Assembly: GCA_044356295.1 (NCBI GenBank) | Contig: JBIKWN010000021.1 | Location: 1-36,962 of the forward strand | Length of the DNA: 36,962 nt | Reading direction: 5' to 3' | DNA from: Bdellovibrionota bacterium | GTDB taxonomy: Bacteria; Bdellovibrionota_C; UBA2361; JBIKWN01 | Part shown: in pieces, positions 28,751 through 35,975 of the stretch | Numbering within the stretch: position 1 is the first letter of the stretch | Layout: the number at the start of each line of letters is the position of its first letter | The notes under the pieces: generated by a model | Database searches by the model: none | What the model was told of the DNA's origin: nothing | The model's input: only the letters and a program-made list of their open reading frames with translations | Position numbers and translations under genes: made by a program

Positions 28751-28987
28751 TTATTTTCTACGATGATTATCTTCTTGGTGTCCGATTACTCCTCCACCTA
28801 CAGCTCCGAGTGCTCCACCGACGACCGCACCTCCTACGCCAGGGGCGACGATATCACCTATGATAGCTCCACTACCTCCTCCTATCACTGCTCCCTTCTC
28901 AGTGCCATTAAGTTTTCTCCATGTCGAACAGCTACTCAATGTAGCTAGTAACACGATTAAAATTATTTGTTGTTGTTTTCGTTTCAT
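28751..28987 (-). CDS. Glycine-zipper lipoprotein (OsmB/YMGG-like)
   Basis: Start ATG 28987 with AAGGA SD; lipobox LSSC; GAVIGGGSGAIIG...GAVVGGALGAVGGGVIG. Confidence 0.85.
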   Translation of the reverse strand: MKRKQQQIILIVLLATLSSCSTWRKLNGTEKGAVIGGGSGAIIGDIVAPGVGGAVVGGALGAVGGGVIGHQEDNHRRK

Positions 28988-29051
28988 ATAAATCTTCGTC
29001 CTTCTAAGGAATATCAATGAGGTGATATTAAGAATAAATTTTATTTCTTTG

Positions 29052-29067
29052 TATGATACTCATCATA
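29052..29067. promoter_or_regulatory. Crp-like box 2 TATGA-TACTCA-TCATA
   Basis: Between divergent glycine-zipper and csbD genes; minus-strand TAATAT -10 at 29030-29025 gives class II geometry. Confidence 0.65.
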
Positions 29068-29141
29068 GTTATTCTTATTATTTGAACAGAAAATAAGCTC
29101 CTGTACATGAAGTACATTTTTAATAATACATAAGGATTTAT

Positions 29142-29387
29142 ATGCAATGGGAACAAGTCGAAGGTAAGTGGGGTGAATTTAAAGGAAAAGTACAAGAAAA
29201 ATGGGGGAAACTCACCAATGATGACATGATGATCATGCACGGTAAAAAAGAACAGCTCATTGGGAAACTCAAAGAACGATATGGTTATACAGTCGATCAA
29301 GCGAATAAAGAGGTTAGCGCTTTCATGAAAGACTGCAATTGCTCTGACAGTACTGATTCAAAAACGAAGCATCACGTAAATATGTAA
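29142..29387 (+). CDS. csbD: CsbD/YjbJ-family general stress protein
   Basis: W.QVEGKW.EFKGKV.EKWGKLT.DD....G..EQL.GKL.ERYG. Confidence 0.95.
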   Translation: MQWEQVEGKWGEFKGKVQEKWGKLTNDDMMIMHGKKEQLIGKLKERYGYTVDQANKEVSAFMKDCNCSDSTDSKTKHHVNM

Positions 29388-29411
29388 AGTTTTGTTCTTC
29401 AAAAAAATGGG

Positions 29412-29440
29412 AGGGTTTGTCAATCGACAAACCCTTTTTT
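29412..29440 (+). terminator. Intrinsic terminator after csbD
   Basis: AGGGTTTGTC-AATC-GACAAACCCT then T run. Confidence 0.88.
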
Positions 29441-29550
29441 ATTTCGCCGCTCTTACCTTCACAACTGTCCGATAAGAAACCTACATGTATGCTTTAAGTC
29501 ATTGAAAAGTTACGACTAAGCAAAGAGTTAATAATTTTATGTTAAATTTG

Positions 29551-29571
29551 GTAACGCGAAGGTCGCGTTAC
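29551..29571. repeat. Collapsed copy of the 9-mer palindromic repeat (GTAACGCGA-AGG-TCGCGTTAC)
   Basis: Left end matches 7163-7179; right end plus TAAAAA matches 14352-14366. Confidence 0.85.
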
Positions 29572-29638
29572 TAAAAATGCCTTCAATTACTTTCTACAGG
29601 ACAGTAGTGCTCATACCTCACATATTAACATTCTCTAA

Positions 29639-29654
29639 CATGACTATTATCATA
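29639..29654. promoter_or_regulatory. Crp-like box 3 CATGA-CTATTA-TCATA
   Basis: One mismatch to boxes 1 and 2; upstream of the Ysc84 gene. Confidence 0.55.
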
Positions 29655-29818
29655 CCAGTGACCCCTTGATTTTCTTGATACTGTGAATGCTAGACAACTT
29701 AATTATGTACTACTGCAGTAAAAGTTATAATTCTTATAAAGAAAAAACTCTGGGCAGCGACACTCATTAAGATGGAAGCAAAAAATATCAAAATGAATTG
29801 ATTTTAAAGGAATAAAAA

Positions 29819-30532
29819 ATGAGAAATAAATTAAAAATAATTATCGCGGCAGCTCTTTGTTTGCCACTAACAGCACTTGCAGATAATCGATTTGCAAATA
29901 ATCAAGACCAATCAATGCGTGCAAGAATGGGTGACGTAAAAGATCCTTCTCGGTTTCAAGCCATGATAAATGAATCAGCAGAGGTTTATGATGCGATTGC
30001 AAAAGGTGCACACGGGGAAGTACCAATGAGTGTTTTAAATAATGCGCGCTGTATAGCAGTCTTACCAAATGTAGTGACTGGGGCATTGCTTGTAGGTGGA
30101 ACCTACGGTGAAGGTTTAGCAAGCTGCAAAGATAGCAGTAATGTTTGGAGTCAGCCTGCGCCAATCTCACTCAAACAGGGGAGCTTCGGATTACAAGCAG
30201 GAGCAAAGTCAGCAGATCTACTTTTCTTCTTTCAAAACAAGGAAGCAGTTCAGGCTTTAAAACGGGGAAACTTCGCCCTTGGAGCTGATGTCAGCGCAGT
30301 TGCAGGAAGTTACGAAGCAAATGTTGATACATCAAACGCAGGTGTTGTTGTCTATTCAAGAACAGAAGGCGTTTTTGCAGGAGCTTCGGTGAATGGCGCT
30401 AAAATTGGAAAAGATCAAAAAGATCTTAACAGTTACTACGGTAGAAAAGTTGATTATAGAAATCTTCTTGAAGGTAAAGTTACTCCTGATACAACTGGGT
30501 ATACTGATAAACTTACAAGATTGTTTCCATAA
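29819..30532 (+). CDS. Exported Ysc84/SYLF lipid-binding domain protein
   Basis: Signal peptide; L.NA.CIAV.P.V...A..VGG.YG.G..SC, WS.PA...L..GSFGLQAG...DL, YSR..G.FAG.S..G. Confidence 0.9.
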   Translation: MRNKLKIIIAAALCLPLTALADNRFANNQDQSMRARMGDVKDPSRFQAMINESAEVYDAIAKGAHGEVPMSVLNNARCIAVLPNVVTGALLVGGTYGEGLASCKDSSNVWSQPAPISLKQGSFGLQAGAKSADLLFFFQNKEAVQALKRGNFALGADVSAVAGSYEANVDTSNAGVVVYSRTEGVFAGASVNGAKIGKDQKDLNSYYGRKVDYRNLLEGKVTPDTTGYTDKLTRLFP

Positions 30533-30562
30533 GATAAGATTTAATCTTGGTAAATAATTTTT

Positions 30563-30595
30563 AAGAGGTGCATGTCTTCATGTGCCTCTTTTTTT
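30563..30595 (+). terminator. Intrinsic terminator after Ysc84 gene
   Basis: AAGAGGTGCATG-TCTT-CATGTGCCTCTT then T run. Confidence 0.85.
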
Positions 30596-30888
30596 ATTCT
30601 TTATTTTTAGTTGTATCTGTTGCAGTGACGTGGATTTTCCTCAATGTCATTACTGAAAAATATTGACCCCCCGTCCGTGCACCTGACCATGAGCGTGAGT
30701 ATGAGCGATTTTACTTTATTCATCCTTATAGAGTCGCTGTAATTTGGTCTTACCTTAATAACTTTGGAGGTTGCCCAAGGTTAGTAAGTCAGAAAATGGG
30801 GTGGTGTAGGTAGTATTTAATATTACCGATATTATCTTACTGATATGCAAATATCGAAGCTGCAATTGGAATGGACAAGTAGCAGCAC

Positions 30889-30958
30889 GAAGTTACGAAG
30901 CAAATGTTGATACATCAAACGTAGGTGTTTTTGCAGGTGCTTCGGTCAATGGAGCTAA
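30889..30958 (+). pseudogene. Fragmentary duplicate of Ysc84 gene segment 30306-30402 with 27-bp internal deletion
   Basis: Hand alignment: 70 bp vs 97 bp, four substitutions. Confidence 0.85.
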
Positions 30959-31135
30959 TTCTGGAATCCAGGTTGATGACGATATTATTACTTATGTCAC
31001 ATGGGATTCGTGGGTTTTGTTATCTTTTTTTAGTTAGATAAGTAAAACAAATTAAAGCACCTCTAAGAAAATGCTACAGCTTTTGTTTTGCCTTAGTTAT
31101 GGTATAAACGTTTATCACATCAGTAAGGCCTACCT

Positions 31136-32038
31136 ATGACGATTATCGAAACGATTGCGCGCAGACTTGCTGGCATATTCAGCAAGCATGTTACCCCTCA
31201 AAACCTTCGGGCTTTTGAAGTATTGATTATCAGAATGGCAGTTCTATTCTTTATCGCTCACCTAAGTATCATTTTTTTACTCAATAACGTCCCTGCACTT
31301 TATAGAGGAGAATCATTCAACTACCTCAAAGCAATCTATACCCCCTTTAGCTTTATTCTTGCCTATGAAGTTTTCCTTCTGGTTGTGATTCTTCCAGAAT
31401 CAATGACTGAATTCATAGGGAAACAATTTGAGATCATTACGCTCATCACGCTCCGTAGTTTTTTTCACGACATAGCGGATGTCCACATGTACGCTCCGCT
31501 CAAGCTATCCGATCCTGCTGTGATATCGCTTGGCTATGACCTCATCGCTTCATTTATCATGCTAGTCCTAACGGTGCTGTTCCATCGACTGCATCATCGC
31601 TATCCAGCACATGACAACAAAGAACCTCTTCAACGATTTATTACATTTAAACAAGCGATATCTTTGTGCTTACTTGTTTACTTAGCCTTTACAAGCATTC
31701 ACAACTTACAGATTTGGGGCTCGCACGTGATAGATGCTTTTACCCATAAGACCGAGTTTCCTAACCCTAATTCTTTCTTCTATCTCGATTTCTTTAATGT
31801 GATGATCTATGCCGATGTGCTCCTGCTTATAATCTCATTTTTGTATGACTCCTCTTTTTACGCTGTCATGCGAAATGCAACTTTCATTATATCTACTATA
31901 TTACTTCGCTTCTCTTTAAGTATGGAGCGGCCCGATAACCATATCGTTACTATTATTTCCTTCGTATTTTCCATCGCAGTTATTTTTGCGCTTCAATTCA
32001 AACAAAAACCGCCAGCCAGCCCATATAATGTCCACTAA
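31136..32038 (+). CDS. Hypothetical polytopic membrane protein
   Basis: 300-aa ORF with about 7-8 hydrophobic segments; no family recognised. Confidence 0.8.
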   Translation: MTIIETIARRLAGIFSKHVTPQNLRAFEVLIIRMAVLFFIAHLSIIFLLNNVPALYRGESFNYLKAIYTPFSFILAYEVFLLVVILPESMTEFIGKQFEIITLITLRSFFHDIADVHMYAPLKLSDPAVISLGYDLIASFIMLVLTVLFHRLHHRYPAHDNKEPLQRFITFKQAISLCLLVYLAFTSIHNLQIWGSHVIDAFTHKTEFPNPNSFFYLDFFNVMIYADVLLLIISFLYDSSFYAVMRNATFIISTILLRFSLSMERPDNHIVTIISFVFSIAVIFALQFKQKPPASPYNVH

Positions 32039-32162
32039 AGTGATAATATAATCGGATCGAAAGTCGATCTATCTAAGTTTGTGTGTATGGTTTTGGGATA
32101 AAGACCAGCCTATGTAAGCAATCACGTCTTTTTTTCAATATTAAATGAATATGTAATCTTTA

Positions 32163-32822
32163 CTAACTTTTTTTGAATCTTGCAGCATACGGAGCAAGAA
32201 CTAATCGAGTAAGCATTTGGTATTGCTCAGTTAAATCATTCATATACTCTGAGGTCTCCGCTAAACTCTTATAATCTTCATTCAACATTGATTCTATAGA
32301 TGTTTGAACACGAATTGTATCAAAAAATAATGGGGATACAACGCCTAGTCTATACAGGGAACGCTTTATTGTGAAATTATTAGGAGCTGGTCCATCAAAC
32401 TGCAAAATATGATTATTATGTCGAATGAGCTCAATTGCATTCTTATCAGAGCCTACGATGCAAATATCCGATACTGTAGCGACATCGGCTATTTCACCTT
32501 GTGTTCTCAACATGATCACATCTGCATCGGAAATATTTTCATTTACAGACTCAATGGTTTGAATGCTTAACCCTCTTAAGAAATCGCTTTCCCCAATTTC
32601 AATTTCAGAAACAGATTTATATCTTGGGGCTATACATACCTGATATTCTGATTCGACACTCTCGGAATAAAATTGGCATTGGTTGAAGTTTTGATTTTTC
32701 TTACCGGTTGACTCTAAATAGTTTGAAAGAAGGTCTCAATTTTCCATCTTTTATAAGGAAGCCTCGGCATAAGAAGTACCTTGCTCTTCATACAAATTAT
32801 TCCAGAAGAGAACCCCCCTAAC
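32163..32822 (-). pseudogene. Probable disrupted gene, weak resemblance to TldD/PmbA C-terminal domain
   Basis: Frame open 32735-32163 but no ATG/GTG/TTG until 32519; in-frame TGA (32738-32736) and TAA (32753-32751) interrupt it upstream. Confidence 0.4.
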
Positions 32823-32967
32823 CTATCTAGCATTTGTTCATGCGCGCCAGTACAGAGAGACACTATCAAATGTTACCTATTCAAATCTCTCAATTTTGTT
32901 TTGATCTATAACAAAATTAGACAACTATCCTTTTATTTCATGTGAGAGCTCGGACCTGAATGCCGCA

Positions 32968-33900
32968 CTAGTCTGTACTTTTTGCTGCTTTGTATTCTTC
33001 GTAATCTTTCTGAATTTTTTTCCACTCAATAGGGGTACGCCCAAAAAGACGTGAAAGCTCTCTGGACATATCATCATCAATGTCTCGTTTGCACTCAAGG
33101 AAGAGCTGAAATTCTTGAAGATCTATTTTTATAGAAGGGGTGAGTCGTTCGAGTGAAAGATTTCGCTCTTGCATGATATCGAGAATGACTGTGCCAGGAT
33201 GCTGTATAACTTTGTTCTTCTTCTTTTTTTCCTTTGTTGGACGTTGAAGATTTGCCCAGTCAGGAGCGGGCATTTTCTCAAAGATATCGCTGAGCGTATC
33301 TACAAATAGTTCAGGAACTTTCGTATAGATTTCAGACAAGCTTTGTGAAATATACTTTAACTCTTTCATAAGAGAGCCAGATACTGGCTTATCATTAAAA
33401 AGCTGCTTTGCCTTATTATCAACAGGCCTGATTACCTCCTCGATAAGAAATCGTGTCGCTTTACGTTGCTTTTGATCTTCGTTAATTGTTGTTTGGCGTG
33501 TTTTCAGCGTAGTCAGTAGTGCTGTTAATTCCGTTGATGAATAGGGCTCTGCAATAAAGCCTGAAACACCATCAAGATAGAGGTTGGTAACCTGTGTGAG
33601 GGTTTTTGAGTTTTGTTTATCAATCGTAACAATAATAAAAGGAATATTAGAGCCCATTTGTAGAGAGATATCTCTTGTAAAAGATTTGATTGATTCAAGG
33701 CCAAAATTAAATGAAACAAAGATAACATCTAGTTTGTCGGCAAATTCTAAGTGACCGATCGCTTCACGGCATGAGTGACATAGATTAAGCTCTGATTTAT
33801 GGATAGATGTCTTTAAGACTTCTCTTAGTCTAGAGCGGCTGGCAATATCGCCATTGACGACCATGCAGGTCAGTCCATCGAGTAAATTATAGTCGCTCAT
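32968..33900 (-). CDS. Pseudo-receiver domain fused to C-terminal HigA/VapI-type HTH
   Basis: N-terminal REC-fold pattern (CMVVNGD, LDVIFVS, GVSGFIAEPYS); C-terminal HPG.VI..IM.ER.LS...KRDID..MS.ELSRLFG.TP.EW...Q..YE. Confidence 0.75.
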   Translation of the reverse strand: MSDYNLLDGLTCMVVNGDIASRSRLREVLKTSIHKSELNLCHSCREAIGHLEFADKLDVIFVSFNFGLESIKSFTRDISLQMGSNIPFIIVTIDKQNSKTLTQVTNLYLDGVSGFIAEPYSSTELTALLTTLKTRQTTINEDQKQRKATRFLIEEVIRPVDNKAKQLFNDKPVSGSLMKELKYISQSLSEIYTKVPELFVDTLSDIFEKMPAPDWANLQRPTKEKKKKNKVIQHPGTVILDIMQERNLSLERLTPSIKIDLQEFQLFLECKRDIDDDMSRELSRLFGRTPIEWKKIQKDYEEYKAAKSTD

Positions 33901-33910
33901 TGGTGAAAAT

Positions 33911-33938
33911 TTATCCTTAGTGGATAATGTCGGATAAT
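33911..33938. promoter_or_regulatory. Candidate operator TTATCC-N5-GGATAA plus third GGATAA half-site
   Basis: Palindrome 33911-33927 covering the SD of the HTH gene; GGATAAT repeated at 33922 and 33932. Confidence 0.35.
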
Positions 33939-34195
33939 TAGTGTTTTTACTAAAGAAATTTCGTATAAATAATTCCTATATTACTCATAGCTTGCAAATC
34001 TCTATGAATAAAGCCCAGGCAGTGTTGTACCCCCCCAATAAAGTCCTTACTCGCAGCGATGCTAAGCAAAAAAATCTTCAAGGATTTTAGGGGGTTTTAT
34101 AACTCAAGAAGAGCTCATTGCTTCTTGAACGATTTTTAGTCCTTGTCATTTTGAACTTTTTAGGAAGTTCAAAATTTAGTAGCCTACCCGTAGAT

Positions 34196-34322
34196 CAATG
34201 TCATTAAGTTAAGGCATTCCTACCCCGTGACCGTAGGCGTGAGCGTGACCTTAAATTGTTTGGGTCACGCTCATGCACACGCTCAAGGTCACGGCACGTA
34301 AGTTCTTAACTTAATGACATTG
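34196..34322. mobile_element. 127-bp MITE, IS4-family-like ends
   Basis: Perfect 18-bp TIRs CAATGTCATTAAGTTAAG (34196-34213 / 34305-34322); 10-bp direct repeat ACCCGTAGAT at 34186-34195 and 34323-34332; palindromic interior; no ORF. Confidence 0.88.
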
Positions 34323-34449
34323 ACCCGTAGATAGGCTCATCGCTGATGAAAGATTAGAAGCGTAGATTTAGCACTCTTTTGCCATTCATCATTTGGCATT
34401 AGCATACCCAAAAGCCGTATTCCTTTATTGGATATTGAAAGTAATTCTT

Positions 34450-35280
34450 ATGCTAACGCCTGATACCCTTAAAGATAAAATTGTATTGGTCACTGGGGGC
34501 GGAAGTGGCCTTGGCTTTGCAATGGCAAAGCGATGTGCCGAGTTAGGGGCAAATGTAGCTATATGCGGCCGCGATGAGGTCAAGATTAAAGAATCAGCAA
34601 AGATGATTAGTGGCTGTCAAGGATATCAATGCGATGTTCGAGATTATGAATCCGTAGGCATCTTATTTGAAAAAATTGCTTCAAAGTTTGGAGAAGTAAA
34701 TTGTCTTATTAACAACGCTGCAGGAAATTTTCTGTGTCCATCTGAAGAGTTAACTCCTAACGGTTTTAAGACAGTTATAGATATCGTGCTTCATGGCAGT
34801 TTCAATTGCGCCTCGCATTTTGGTAAACGACTAATCAATGCTTCCTTGCCAGGATCGATAATCAATATCGTTACTAGCTATACCGAGATAGGATCTTCAT
34901 TTGTTTTACCATCCGCTTGCGCAAAAGCTGGTGTCTACGCCATGACGACATCACTTGCCTTCGAATGGGCAACTTATGGAATCCGATCGAATGCTATAGC
35001 CCCTGGCCCATTTCCAACAAAAGGTGCTTGGTCACGACTAGTACCAGACCAAACCATGGAAGAAACAATGAAGAAAAGAGTCCCTCTAGGCCGTTTCGGA
35101 CAGCCTGAAGAGTTAGCTGATCTAGCTGCTTTTCTTCTTTCTGACATGTCGGGATTTATCACTGGTGAGTGTATTAATATCGATGGTGGTGACAGGTTAA
35201 ATGGTGGACAGTTTAATTTTATTGCTCAGTCAATGCCACGACCTGAACTTAAGAATCTACTAAAGACCTTAAAGAAATGA
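34450..35280 (+). CDS. SDR oxidoreductase, 2,4-dienoyl-CoA reductase-like
   Basis: TGGGSGLG, NNAAGNF, IDIVL.G.FN, SACAKAGV..MT.SLA.EW..YGIR.NAIAPGP; start ATG 34450 preferred over TTG 34393. Confidence 0.9.
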   Translation: MLTPDTLKDKIVLVTGGGSGLGFAMAKRCAELGANVAICGRDEVKIKESAKMISGCQGYQCDVRDYESVGILFEKIASKFGEVNCLINNAAGNFLCPSEELTPNGFKTVIDIVLHGSFNCASHFGKRLINASLPGSIINIVTSYTEIGSSFVLPSACAKAGVYAMTTSLAFEWATYGIRSNAIAPGPFPTKGAWSRLVPDQTMEETMKKRVPLGRFGQPEELADLAAFLLSDMSGFITGECINIDGGDRLNGGQFNFIAQSMPRPELKNLLKTLKK

Positions 35281-35768
35281 TCTCTTTAGAGCGACTTATT
35301 GCAGATGCAAAGAAATCAACCTTTGGTCTGTGGTTACTTAACCAAGCTTTGAAATTTGTAATCCCTTTTAACAGGCCCCACGGTATCAGGGTTAAGAAAT
35401 TTTCGAATCTCAACATTGAGACCTTCCTTCCTTATCGATATAACAATCGCAATCATGTGAAAGGAACGCATGCATGCGCTCTTGCTGCTGCCGCAGAATT
35501 CTCTACAGGTATTCTTCTGCTAAGTCACTTAAGTCCATCTCGCTACCGATTACTCATGCAAAAATTATCTGTTGAATATCATTATCAAGCACGCATGGAT
35601 GCAGTTGCATCTTGCTCGTTCGATCCTCTTTGGCTGATGGATGCTGTAATTAATCCTCTGGTGAAGTCAGACAGAGTTACAGTCGTAGTCAAAAGTTTGG
35701 TCCACGATATCAACCAAAATCATCTGTGTACGGCTGAAATTATTTGGCAAATCAAAGAATGGAAGTAA
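35277..35768 (+). CDS. Hotdog-fold thioesterase-like protein (DUF4442/PaaI-like)
   Basis: IPFN.PHG, N.NHVKG.HACALA.AAE, L.VEYHYQAR; ATGA overlap with SDR gene. Confidence 0.85.
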   Translation: MISLERLIADAKKSTFGLWLLNQALKFVIPFNRPHGIRVKKFSNLNIETFLPYRYNNRNHVKGTHACALAAAAEFSTGILLLSHLSPSRYRLLMQKLSVEYHYQARMDAVASCSFDPLWLMDAVINPLVKSDRVTVVVKSLVHDINQNHLCTAEIIWQIKEWK

Positions 35769-35975
35769 AATTGTTAGGGAGTTTCCTAGTGATTACTACT
35801 CTTGTAAATTTTTGCATCCTCATCAGATATCCAAATGCATCCAGAGTAGCTAATAAAAAACGGTACCATTTATTTAGGTCGTAATTTTTTGTTTTAAAAG
35901 GATCTTTAGATCAAAATCCTACTAAGAGGAGCGTTCGACTTCTTAATTACAATTCACCCCTTGTATTCGAGCAGG

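Noticed and set aside
30306..30958. Ysc84 duplicate as a DGR template/variable repeat pair
   Set aside because: Substitutions are not adenine-specific and no reverse transcriptase is present
32736..32747. In-frame TGA after ATG-GAA-AAT as recoding (Sec/Trp)
   Set aside because: TGA terminates several clear genes here (aacS, recA, ssb); decay is the simpler explanation
33901..34190. HigB toxin gene upstream of the HigA-like fusion
   Set aside because: No ORF of 60 aa or more in the track; region is hairpin-rich non-coding DNA
35925..35937. 13-bp match AGAGGAGCGTTCG to the speD leader (9241-9229)
   Set aside because: Matches of this length are expected by chance in a 37-kb self-comparison; flanks do not align
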